Shown here: positions 51,919-60,812 of the stretch, in pieces | Position numbering within the stretch: the first letter of the stretch is position 1 | Layout of the letters: each line of letters begins with the position of its first letter | Assembly (NCBI GenBank): GCA_035471785.1 | Contig: DATIPQ010000017.1 | Coordinates: 79,115 to 143,114, forward strand | Direction: 5' to 3' | Origin: Acidobacteriota bacterium | Lineage (GTDB): Bacteria; Acidobacteriota; UBA6911; RPQK01; DATIPO01 | Length of the DNA: 64,000 nt | Notes under the pieces: model-generated | Seen by the model: only the letters and a program-made list of their open reading frames with translations | What the model was told of the DNA's origin: nothing | Database searches by the model: none | Translations under genes and position numbers: made by a program

Positions 51919-52740
51919 ATGCGCCTGACCATTGCCGCATTGGTGCTGATCGGGCTGCCTTCCGTGGGGGTGCTCTGCGCTCAGCAGCAAGAGAGCCAGA
52001 CCGTCAAGTCGCGGGATGCCCGTATTTTCGAGATGTACTACAGGGACACCCTGGTCCGCACCGAGAAGGACGAAAAAGCCTCTGGACCAGAGGTTGCCCG
52101 GCCTTCCGCCGGGGCGCAGTCATCAAGACTCGAAGTGCCTGCCAACTATTCCGAGAAACTGGCCCGGCGGGTCGGACTCAAGTACAAGATCAAACGCTGC
52201 ACAGGCGAATGCACGGTGGAGGATGTCGACCAGAGTCACATCTTCTATACCGGAGACAAAATCCGCTTGGAAATCGAAGCCAACATCGACGGATATCTCT
52301 ACATCATCAACAAGGGCAGCACCGGGCGCACCAAGACGCTTTTCCCCGAGCCCTCGCTCAACGGCGGCACAAACCTCATCCAACGGGGCGTGAGTTATTC
52401 TATCCCTTCCGAGGGCTGGATCACATTCACGAAGCGGCCGGGGCGGGAGCAAGTGATCATCATTGTCAGCCGGACGCCCTTGCAGTCGCTTCCCGAGCAG
52501 GCCTCCGAAGCCGCCTCGACGGTTTCGGCCCTGCAAGTGGTGGACGAACTCAACCGCAAAGTAAAGGCCCGCGACTTGGTCATCGTGCGTGAGCGGGGTC
52601 CTCGACGCCAGGGCGCCCCTCCCGGCGTCCAGTCCACCCTGGTGGTCAACAAGTCAGCGGAGGAAAACCAACTGGCCTACACGGAAATCGTCCTCCAGCA
52701 CCGTGCCCGCCCAGGCCGCCAGCAACTTGAGAACCGATGA
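51919..52740 (+). CDS. Secreted DUF4384 domain protein.
   Basis: Signal peptide MRLTIAALVLIGLPSVGVLCAQQ. The core YTGDKIRLEIEANIDGYLYIINKGSTGRTKTLFPEP fits the DUF4384 pattern (a family usually found fused or adjacent to caspase-domain and Ser/Thr-kinase proteins). GGGGAG RBS. Confidence 0.5.
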   Translation: MRLTIAALVLIGLPSVGVLCAQQQESQTVKSRDARIFEMYYRDTLVRTEKDEKASGPEVARPSAGAQSSRLEVPANYSEKLARRVGLKYKIKRCTGECTVEDVDQSHIFYTGDKIRLEIEANIDGYLYIINKGSTGRTKTLFPEPSLNGGTNLIQRGVSYSIPSEGWITFTKRPGREQVIIIVSRTPLQSLPEQASEAASTVSALQVVDELNRKVKARDLVIVRERGPRRQGAPPGVQSTLVVNKSAEENQLAYTEIVLQHRARPGRQQLENR

Positions 52741-53819
52741 TGAGCCTGTTTCCCATTCTGGCTGCATTGCTGGCGGTACCGACAACAGGCCAGCCGCTGA
52801 AGAGCGCCGTGGCCGCCGTAGGCCAAGTGACAGCCTCGGAGCCCGATGCCTCGGGAGCATTGCAGGTGCGCAGCCGGGGCTCGGGAGTCCTCATCGATCC
52901 CCAGGGCGTTTTCGTCACCAACCTGCACTTGGTCCATGACGGACGCCACTTCCATCCTGTGGTTCACTTCCGCCTTCCCGACCCCCAGGACCCTTTTCAG
53001 GATCCCGACCCGCAACGGCGATACCGGGCGCGGCTGGTGGCCCATGACTCCCATCAAGACTTGGCCCTTTTCAGGCTCACCCAGGACAGCCGGGGCGCCC
53101 CCCTGGCACCGGACAGCCGCTTCCCCGCCGCCAGCCTGGAAGAGGTTGGCCCTCTGGAGGTGCTTTCCACCGTCTATGTGGTCGGGTATCCCATCGTCGG
53201 CGGCACAACGCTGACGGTCACGCGGGGACAGGTTTCAGGCCGTGAGGACTCGGCAGGCTGGATCAAGACCGACGCCCAGATCCTCCAGGGCTGCAGCGGA
53301 GGAGCACTGATGGACGACGTCGGTCGCCTGGTCGGCGTTGCGACCCGGGTAAGCCCGGACCTGCGCGAGTTGGACACCGATTCTGACGGGTTTCCCGATA
53401 CCCTCATGGTGCTGGGCTCGGTGGGCTTGGCCCGCCCCGTGCATCTCGTCAAGGCGCTGGCCGACAAACTCGGCCAAGACGGCCTCCCGGCGGACCCTCC
53501 CGTGTTGAACTCCGCGGCGAGCTTGTTGCGCGGACGGGTCGAGGGCAAAGACGGCCAGGCCCTGCCAGGAGTACTGGTGGGGTTGCTCAAGCCGGGCAGC
53601 AGGTTGGCCAGCTTGGACAATCTGGTCACTTGGGCCCGCTCCGATGAAGGGGGACGGCTTGTCTTCCGCGATGCGGTCAGGCCCGGCCGCTACACCGTCC
53701 GCGCCAGGGCCGAAGGCTTTCTCACCTACCTGGAAGATATCGAGATCGATGGTTTCTCTTCCGATCTGATCATCCGGCTCAGGCCCCTGGCGGAACCCAA
53801 AGAGAAGGAGGAGCGGTGA
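52737..53819 (+). CDS. Secreted trypsin-like serine protease (S1/Trypsin_2-type) with a C-terminal carboxypeptidase-regulatory-like domain.
   Basis: Signal peptide. Putative triad: His in FVTNLHLVHDG, Asp in HQDLALFRL, Ser in DAQILQGCSGGALMD. C-terminal GRVEGKDGQALPGVLVGLL...GRLVFRDAVRPGRYTVRARAEGF. The start overlaps the upstream stop (ATGA). Confidence 0.6.
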   Translation: MMSLFPILAALLAVPTTGQPLKSAVAAVGQVTASEPDASGALQVRSRGSGVLIDPQGVFVTNLHLVHDGRHFHPVVHFRLPDPQDPFQDPDPQRRYRARLVAHDSHQDLALFRLTQDSRGAPLAPDSRFPAASLEEVGPLEVLSTVYVVGYPIVGGTTLTVTRGQVSGREDSAGWIKTDAQILQGCSGGALMDDVGRLVGVATRVSPDLRELDTDSDGFPDTLMVLGSVGLARPVHLVKALADKLGQDGLPADPPVLNSAASLLRGRVEGKDGQALPGVLVGLLKPGSRLASLDNLVTWARSDEGGRLVFRDAVRPGRYTVRARAEGFLTYLEDIEIDGFSSDLIIRLRPLAEPKEKEER

Positions 53820-56800
53820 AAAGACACGTCCATCCGCCGCTTGCCATCGGGCGAGCCGCCGCCTTTATACTGATGTTGGCGGCGGCATCTGCCGGAAACC
53901 AGCTGGCAGCTTCTGAGCAGTGGGCTGTGGTCATCGGCATTTCCGAGTTTCAGCTCCTTCCTGAAGAACAGTGGCTGAACTACGCTCATTCTGATGCGCG
54001 CAGCTTTGCCGATGTCCTTAAGAGCCGGCGCGTGGGCGTGCCTCCGGAAAACCTGCGCCTGTTGCTCAACCGCCAGGCCACCACCCGGAACGTCAAGCAT
54101 GTGCTGGGAAGCTGGTTGAGAGACCGGGTGGAGCCAAAGGACACCGTCTACCTCTATATCGCCTCCCACGGAGTCGTGACCAAGCGCAAGGAAGCCTATT
54201 TCATCACCTACGACACCGACCCAGCCAGCCTTTATGCCACCGGCTTTCCCATGGCAGAGCTGAGGCGCGTACTTTCGGAATTGCCAGCCCGAAACCTGAT
54301 CGTGGCTTCGGACGCGTGCAAGAGCGGGAACGTGGGTCCCGAGCTGTTCGACAGCCGCGACCTGGAAATGCCAAGCATCAACGATCATTTTAAGGAACTG
54401 GTTCCTCAGGACGGACAGGGCAGCTTCGACGCCTCGGGCCTGGCCGATGAAAACAGCGAGATTCAGCCCTCCAGGTTTGTGCTCACAGCGGCCGGCAGCT
54501 TCGAAAAGTCCTTTGAGTCGGAACAGTGGGGCGGAGGAGTCTTCACTCACTTCCTGGTGGAGGGCCTCAGGGGTCTAGCCGACCGTGACCGCAACGGGCG
54601 TGTCAACGCCAACGAACTCTACGACTACGTACGCGAGAACGTCCGCAACCGGACCGACAATAAGCAGAATCCGATGGTGATAGGAAGCGAATACGACGGC
54701 CGTTTGGTCTTGGCCGTGGCTCCCGGAGCCGTTGGGCCGACCACTGTCCCTTTCAGCGCCGACGCGCTCCCCGCGACCAAGTCCGCCGCAGCTAAGGCTG
54801 CGGACAGCAGCACCAAAGGCGCCCTGCTGATCAGCGCCAACGTGGGGGGAGTCCGCTGGACCATCGACAATGTGGTCCAGCCCGACTTGGCTTCCGGCGA
54901 ACGGCGCCTCCTCCACCTGCCTCCGGGCGGACATACGCTGACGGCCCAAAAGGACGGCTTCCATCTGCACGTCGCATCCGCCGCTGTACCCCCCGGCCAG
55001 CAGATAGCTGTGGAGCTGCGATTGGAACCCGAGGTCCTCACGCCCGACTTGACCCCACGCCTGGACGACCTCATCGAGCGCTACAAAGTGGGCGAGCCAA
55101 CCGTTGCCGGCGACTTGGAGGAAATTGTAGACGAAGTCGCGGCCATCCACGCCCGTCGGGCCTTGTTGCCCGAAGAGCGCCGCTGGCTAGAGGACGCAGT
55201 GGCCCTGCTGGTTGATCGCTATACTAGCGAACAGAAGTCCCGGAAGCTCTCGGCTTTGATCGACAAGTGCATCAAGAGCTTCTCTTTCTTTCCTTACGCC
55301 CTCACCGTCGGTCGACCCATCGACCGGCAGGCGCTGGTTGGGGAGGAAATCGGTTTCCTGCGACTGCGCTTGCAGCCTCGGGCCGCTCATCTGGAAATCG
55401 ACTCCTCCTATTACGGGTTGCTTCCCGAAGGCCAGAGCGATATTCTCCTGGCAACAGGGCCTCACGACATCCGGCTTCACCGGGACGGATTTCTTCCCCA
55501 GAACAGACACGTCGAAGTAATGGAGTTCGACAAACCTCCGGACGCTGCCGAAGCGGCCCGGCGTGCCGGACCAACGTCCCTGGAGCTAGAGGTTTCGCTG
55601 CAGTTGGAGGCGCTGGACGTTTTCGTTTTCGCCGACAGCGGCGCCTATGATGTCGCCTCAGACCCGCCCGGAGAGGTCTCCCTGGTTGCCCTAAGTTCGC
55701 TGCTGCCACTGCTCCGGCCCGGCCAACAGGAGATCTTGCGGACCGCCGCCGGGGAAAGAGGACTGAACGCCTCGGCTTGGGTGGCTTCTTTGCGCGTTCG
55801 CCCCAGCGAGGCCGGGCCCCTGGCGCTGACCTTCAGCCGTCCCCGCCACGCTACGCACACGACCCAACTGCCCCTGGGAGACGAGCAGGTCTGGAAGGAC
55901 GCCGCCCTTAGCGAAGGCGTCTTCGTCGCCGAGGACACTGTTCGCCTCGACCCGCTGCTGGGCACGCTCAATGTCTCAACCCAGCCGGAGGGGGCCCAGG
56001 TGATGGCTGGCGGAGAGGAATTGGGAGCAACGCCCCTGGAGAAGGAACTCCCGGTGGGCGAATACGAACTGCGCCTGCGCAAGGGCAAGCTGCGTCATAG
56101 GCAGACCCTGACGATCGAAGAAGGCCAGGTACGGGAAATCGACGTTCGCCTCAAGCCGCCCTTGGTCTTCCTGGGTACGCATTCGCCCCAGTTGGAGCCG
56201 GAGAGGACTGCCGAAATCGAACGCCGCATCCGTGACCATCTCCCCCAAATTTTTACCCATTACGCGATCAACTACCAGGATCCTTCCAAGTATGAGTACA
56301 CCCTCGACTTCCTGCGCCAATCCTTCTCTCCCGGCAAAAGCGGGGCAATCGGCTCGGCCCTTCACCTGCAAGCATTGCGCGATCGGTTCGATTCCGATCT
56401 CTTTCTTTTCGCATATTTCCCCAGCGAGCGTGATTTTCTCGCCAACCGGCTCTCCTTCCTGCTCTTCTCGACCCTGTCCTCCCGAGCCGACCGGCGGGTG
56501 GTGGACGCCTATTCGGCCCAGGAGATCAGTCGCTTCCTTACGGTCGTCGACTCCACAGCCCTGCGCCCTGAGGACCTGTTTCGTGCCGACCTGGGACTCC
56601 AAACGATCGACACCTTGCTGAAAGGGCGTGAGTTGACCGTGGCCGTCGTCGATCCTCAAGGACCTGCCGCCCAGGCCGGCCTCCAGAGCGGAGAAGCCAT
56701 TGTTAGAGTCGACGGCCAGGCGGCGACCTCCTCCTCCCTCAAGCAGACCATCCAGAGCAAACCGGCTGGAAGCAGCTTCAGGCTGGAAGTCAGAAGGGCT

Positions 56801-57223
56801 TCAGGGGAAACGGCAACGCTGCCAGTGGTCAGCCGGACCCTTCCCCGGCTCATGCCCGCGAGCGCTGGCCAAGCTCTCCTCAACGGTCTCCTGCTGCAGT
56901 TGGACTTGCTGCTGGAAGAGGCCGCCCCCGGCTTAGCGCGCAACATTGTGCTGCTCAATATGGCGCGCGTCTATATGGAGTTGGAGGACTGGCAGTCGGC
57001 CATAGAAGCACTCAACCGAATCGGCGTCGACCAGCCGGACAGCCGCATCCTCAAGGCTGCCGTAGCCTACCTGCGGGGTTTCGGCTACGAGCATCTGGAT
57101 GAGTTGGAACTGGCGCGCCAAGCCTATCGGAGGGCAACCGGCGACGACAGCGTGGCATTGACTTCAAACCTGGGTTTCGCCTTTCAAGACTTGGCCCAAT
57201 GGAGGCTGGATTACCTGCGATGA
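53816..57223 (+). CDS. Secreted caspase-domain (peptidase C14) protein with PEGA, PDZ and C-terminal TPR-like regions.
   Basis: Signal peptide. Caspase fold: WAVVIGISEF, His in LYIASHGVV, Cys in LIVASDACKSGN (His-Cys dyad contexts). PEGA-like: HTLTAQKDGFHLHVASAAVPPGQQIAVELRLEP and YELRLRKGKLRHRQTLTIEEGQVREIDVRL. PDZ-like: ELTVAVVDPQGPAAQAGLQSGEAIVRVDG. 1135 aa. The start overlaps the upstream stop. Confidence 0.7.
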   Translation: MKRHVHPPLAIGRAAAFILMLAAASAGNQLAASEQWAVVIGISEFQLLPEEQWLNYAHSDARSFADVLKSRRVGVPPENLRLLLNRQATTRNVKHVLGSWLRDRVEPKDTVYLYIASHGVVTKRKEAYFITYDTDPASLYATGFPMAELRRVLSELPARNLIVASDACKSGNVGPELFDSRDLEMPSINDHFKELVPQDGQGSFDASGLADENSEIQPSRFVLTAAGSFEKSFESEQWGGGVFTHFLVEGLRGLADRDRNGRVNANELYDYVRENVRNRTDNKQNPMVIGSEYDGRLVLAVAPGAVGPTTVPFSADALPATKSAAAKAADSSTKGALLISANVGGVRWTIDNVVQPDLASGERRLLHLPPGGHTLTAQKDGFHLHVASAAVPPGQQIAVELRLEPEVLTPDLTPRLDDLIERYKVGEPTVAGDLEEIVDEVAAIHARRALLPEERRWLEDAVALLVDRYTSEQKSRKLSALIDKCIKSFSFFPYALTVGRPIDRQALVGEEIGFLRLRLQPRAAHLEIDSSYYGLLPEGQSDILLATGPHDIRLHRDGFLPQNRHVEVMEFDKPPDAAEAARRAGPTSLELEVSLQLEALDVFVFADSGAYDVASDPPGEVSLVALSSLLPLLRPGQQEILRTAAGERGLNASAWVASLRVRPSEAGPLALTFSRPRHATHTTQLPLGDEQVWKDAALSEGVFVAEDTVRLDPLLGTLNVSTQPEGAQVMAGGEELGATPLEKELPVGEYELRLRKGKLRHRQTLTIEEGQVREIDVRLKPPLVFLGTHSPQLEPERTAEIERRIRDHLPQIFTHYAINYQDPSKYEYTLDFLRQSFSPGKSGAIGSALHLQALRDRFDSDLFLFAYFPSERDFLANRLSFLLFSTLSSRADRRVVDAYSAQEISRFLTVVDSTALRPEDLFRADLGLQTIDTLLKGRELTVAVVDPQGPAAQAGLQSGEAIVRVDGQAATSSSLKQTIQSKPAGSSFRLEVRRASGETATLPVVSRTLPRLMPASAGQALLNGLLLQLDLLLEEAAPGLARNIVLLNMARVYMELEDWQSAIEALNRIGVDQPDSRILKAAVAYLRGFGYEHLDELELARQAYRRATGDDSVALTSNLGFAFQDLAQWRLDYLR

Positions 57224-58713
57224 AGAGAAGCATGGTTAAGACGACCTTGATGACGGGGCTGTTGCTGGCCGCAATGACCCAGAAGGGAATGGCGCAGGCC
57301 GGCGAGGCTCGCCTCGAGACGGCTCTTTCCTTCGAAAAGGAGGGACGCTTCGAAGAGGCCCTGGTCAACTACGAGCGGCTCTTCGATTCGGGGGCTTCAC
57401 AAGACATCGTATTGAAGGCCAAGCTGGGGGCCGGCCGCATCTACCTGGAAGTCATGGGCGAAGTGAAGAAAGCGTCGGCCCTCTTCAACGAGGTGAGCGC
57501 CCAAGTCACTTACCCCGATCTGGCTGCCCGGGCCTTGGCTGGCAACGGGAAGGCCTTGCTGGCCGCGGCCTCGGACGCCGACGACGTGGATCAAGCCGCT
57601 TCCGAGTTCGAAGCCGTCATGCGCACCTATCCCGATTCGCCTGCCATGACCGAGGCCCTGATGTCTTCGGCGCGCCTCTTCGAGATGCAGCGCAAGTATG
57701 ACCGGGCGGTGAGCAACTATCAGGCTCTGGTCGTGGAACATCCGTCGGCGGAAAGCGTCAGCGAGGCCTTTCGCCGTCTGGGGCGGAGCCTGCTCAAGAT
57801 TGGCGCTTTGCCTCCAGCCCTGGTCGCCTACCAGAAGGCTCAGGAAGGCCGAGCGGGGTCGGTAGAAGCCTTGTGGGCCCGGCAGGAGGCCACGCTCGTC
57901 TGCCGTCTTTTTCTGCCCCTTTCGCGTCAGCCTCCTTTTCAGGCCCGTTTGCTGGCATCCAAGTCGGATGCGCTCAAACTGGATTCCCCCAGCCGCATCG
58001 TCGTGCTGGAGGACGGCAATATCGAAATCGAGGACAAAAACCGTTTTTTCCGGCTCTCTCCTTCGGGAGAGCTTCTCCCCAGCCGAACGGCTAGCCGTTT
58101 CGACTTCCAGAGCCCGTCGGGACAGGGTTATCGGCTGACCCGCAACGGATTCTCAGCCGGGGACGGCGCCAGACCGCTCATCCCCTACTTCTTCAAGGAG
58201 GACAAGCGCAAGCACTTCAAAGAGATCACAGCCTTGGCGGCCACCCGTTATCAGACCATCATGATCTCCGCCAGAGATCCGGACGGGCTCTACTTCGTCG
58301 ACCGGGAAAGCGGCGAGGCTTCACCCCGTCATGCTTCGGGGGGAGGCTCGCCGCGCATGCGGCTCGACTCCGAAGACAACTTCTACGTGCTGACCCGGGA
58401 CGGATCGGCTGTCCTGATCCTCAACCGCTGGGGCTCCCTGGTCCATCGGGTGGACAAGGACTCGCTGGGCATGAAGGAGATCTCCGACTTCGCCCTGGAC
58501 ACTTTGGACAATCTGTATCTGCTGGACGAGAAGGGGCAGTTCATTGTCTTGGGAGCAGTGAGCCGCGCCGATGGACGGTACCTCAAGCCCCTCCACCGCC
58601 AACCCGTGCTCGACGCCCGGTCCAAGCCGCTTTCCGACCTCAGGGTCCTGACCGTTGACAAAGACGGCACCGTCTATCTGGCCTCGAAGAGGCAAGTCAT
58701 TGCCTTACGATAG
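57220..58713 (+). CDS. Secreted TPR-repeat plus beta-propeller (NHL-like) protein.
   Basis: ATG at 57220 overlaps the caspase stop (ATGA). Signal peptide MKRSMVKTTLMTGLLLAAMTQKGMAQA. N-terminal TPR/BamD-like helices. C-terminal repeated beta-strand blocks (YFVDRESG, FYVLTRDGSAVLIL, LYLLDEKGQFIVL, TVYLASKRQVIAL). Confidence 0.45.
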   Translation: MKRSMVKTTLMTGLLLAAMTQKGMAQAGEARLETALSFEKEGRFEEALVNYERLFDSGASQDIVLKAKLGAGRIYLEVMGEVKKASALFNEVSAQVTYPDLAARALAGNGKALLAAASDADDVDQAASEFEAVMRTYPDSPAMTEALMSSARLFEMQRKYDRAVSNYQALVVEHPSAESVSEAFRRLGRSLLKIGALPPALVAYQKAQEGRAGSVEALWARQEATLVCRLFLPLSRQPPFQARLLASKSDALKLDSPSRIVVLEDGNIEIEDKNRFFRLSPSGELLPSRTASRFDFQSPSGQGYRLTRNGFSAGDGARPLIPYFFKEDKRKHFKEITALAATRYQTIMISARDPDGLYFVDRESGEASPRHASGGGSPRMRLDSEDNFYVLTRDGSAVLILNRWGSLVHRVDKDSLGMKEISDFALDTLDNLYLLDEKGQFIVLGAVSRADGRYLKPLHRQPVLDARSKPLSDLRVLTVDKDGTVYLASKRQVIALR

Positions 58714-58725
58714 TTTGAGGCCTCC

Positions 58726-60678
58726 TTACAACCCCTTGGCCATCAGGTCGGCCAGGAGTTTGTTGAAGCGGGCGGGGTCGGGGAGTTCGCTGCCTTGGGA
58801 GAGGAGGCCGTAGCCCAGCAACAGGTCGGCGTAGTCGGTGAGGACGGGGTCTTCCTTGTCTTTGGACAGGCGGTCCTTGAGCGAGGTGATGACGGGGTGC
58901 TTGGGATTGAGCTCCAGGATGGGCTTGATGCCGGGGGACGCCATCTGAGCCTTTTCCATCAGACGCTGGAAATGGGGACTGGGATCGTGCTCGCCGCCCA
59001 CCAGACAGGCCGGGGACTCGGTGAGGCGCTTGGAAAGGCGCACTTCGCGCACCTTGTCCTCCAGCTTTTCCTGCAGGAACTTGGTCAGGTCGGCGAAACT
59101 GCTGCGTTCTTCCTCTTCCTGCTTCTTGGCCTCTTCATCCTTCTCCTCTTCCTCAGCCAAGTCGAGTTCGCCTTTGGCCGCCGACTTGAGGGGCTTGTCC
59201 TTGACGTCAGTGAGTTGCTGCACCAGCAGTTCGTCCACCGGCTCGGTCAAGAAGAGCACTTCGATGCCCTTGTCGCGGAACGACTCCAGGTGAGGTGAAT
59301 TTTCGACGATGGCGCGCGACTCGCCCTGCAGGTAGTAGATGGCTTTTTGACCTTCCTTCATGCGCTCCATGTAGCCGTCGAAGGTGGTCAGCTTTTCAGG
59401 GTCGTTCGAGGACTCGAACATGAGCAGGGGCAAGAGGCGCTTGCGGTTGTCGGGATCCTGTCCCACGCCCTCCTTGAGGATGGCGCCGAACTGCTTGTAG
59501 AACTTGAGATAAGTCTCTTCCTTCTCGCGCCGCATCTTGCCCAGCTCGTCCAGCACCTTGCGGGTCAGCCAGCGGCGGATCTGCAGCACGTGGCGGTCGT
59601 TCTGCAAGCGCTGGCGGGAGATGTTGAGGGGAAAGTCGGAGCTGTCGACGACGCCCTTGAGGAAGCGCAGGTAGCGGGGCAGCAGTTCCCGGCAAGCGTC
59701 CATGATGTTGACCCGCCGGGCGAAGAGCTGCAGGCCGTAATCGGCGTCGGGGAAGAAGAGGTCGAAAGGCGCACGGGAGGGAATGTAGAGCAGGGACTGG
59801 TACTCGCGCACCCCCTCGGCCCTGAAGGTCATCCTGGCCAGCGGATCCTCCCAGTCGTGGGCGATGTGCTTGTAGAACTCGTTGTATTCCTCCTCCTTGA
59901 CTTCGTCGGCCGGACGCGCCCACAGGGGCTTCATCGAGTTGAGGGTCTTGTCTTCGTAGACGATTTCGGTCTTGCCGGCTTCCTTGGGCTTTCCCTCTTC
60001 GTCCTTCTCGCGCACCTCGCGCCGCTGGCGCATCTTGATGGGATAGGCCACGAAGTCGGAATAGCGTTTGACCAGCCGTTCCAGCAAAAAGCTCTGAGAG
60101 AAGTCCTCCAGTCCCTCGTCGCTGTCTGCGGGCTTGAGATGCAGCGTGATGGAGGTTCCGCGCTGCTCGCGTTGAGCGGTCTCCACCGTGTAGGTGCCGT
60201 CGGCCTGCGAAACCCAGCGGGTGCCGGTCTTCTGGTCGAAGCGGCGGGTTTCCACCTCGACCTGGTCGGCCACCATGAAAGCCGAGTAGAACCCGACTCC
60301 GAACTGTCCGATCAATTGGGCCGCCTGTTCGCTGTTCTTGGCCCGCTTCATCTTGGCGATGACGTCGCGGGTGCCGCTCTTGGCGATGGTGCCCAGGTTG
60401 TCGATGACCTCTTTGCGGCTCATGCCGACGCCGTTGTCTGAAATGGTCAGGGTGCGGCTGTCGGAGTCGGGATCGAGCCTGATTTCAAGTTCCTCCTCAG
60501 GATCGAGCAACTCGGGCTTCTTGACGGCCTCGAAGCGCAAGCGGTCCAGCGCGTCCGAAGCGTTGGAGATCAGTTCGCGAAGAAAGATCTCCTTGTCGGT
60601 ATAGAGCGAGTGGATGACGATATCGAGAAGCTGCTTGGTCTCAGCCTGAAATTCATAGGTTTCGGTCTTGACGGCCAT
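58726..60678 (-). CDS. htpG: Molecular chaperone HtpG (Hsp90).
   Basis: N-terminal GHKL ATPase ETYEFQAETKQLLDIVIHSLYTDKEIFLRELISNASDALDRLRF, middle domain, and C-terminal dimerisation domain. 650 aa. Confidence 0.9.
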   Translation of the reverse strand: MAVKTETYEFQAETKQLLDIVIHSLYTDKEIFLRELISNASDALDRLRFEAVKKPELLDPEEELEIRLDPDSDSRTLTISDNGVGMSRKEVIDNLGTIAKSGTRDVIAKMKRAKNSEQAAQLIGQFGVGFYSAFMVADQVEVETRRFDQKTGTRWVSQADGTYTVETAQREQRGTSITLHLKPADSDEGLEDFSQSFLLERLVKRYSDFVAYPIKMRQRREVREKDEEGKPKEAGKTEIVYEDKTLNSMKPLWARPADEVKEEEYNEFYKHIAHDWEDPLARMTFRAEGVREYQSLLYIPSRAPFDLFFPDADYGLQLFARRVNIMDACRELLPRYLRFLKGVVDSSDFPLNISRQRLQNDRHVLQIRRWLTRKVLDELGKMRREKEETYLKFYKQFGAILKEGVGQDPDNRKRLLPLLMFESSNDPEKLTTFDGYMERMKEGQKAIYYLQGESRAIVENSPHLESFRDKGIEVLFLTEPVDELLVQQLTDVKDKPLKSAAKGELDLAEEEEKDEEAKKQEEEERSSFADLTKFLQEKLEDKVREVRLSKRLTESPACLVGGEHDPSPHFQRLMEKAQMASPGIKPILELNPKHPVITSLKDRLSKDKEDPVLTDYADLLLGYGLLSQGSELPDPARFNKLLADLMAKGL

Positions 60679-60812
60679 AAGATCCTTCCTGCCTTTAATC
60701 TTCGATATGGGAGCGGGTGCGCGCTTAGATGACTCTCATCAGCACCAGCCGACGTTTCTTAGCAAAAGATGCTCAAAGCTTCTTGTCAAGTCATTTCGGG
60801 GCACTGACGCCG

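Noticed and set aside
60679-60812. Heat-shock operator (CIRCE or HAIR) upstream of htpG.
   Set aside because: Only short palindromes (CTTGTCAAG, TTAGCA fragments) are present. Neither the TTAGCACTC-N9-GAGTGCTAA nor the CTTGAGT-N7-ACTCAAG consensus is present.
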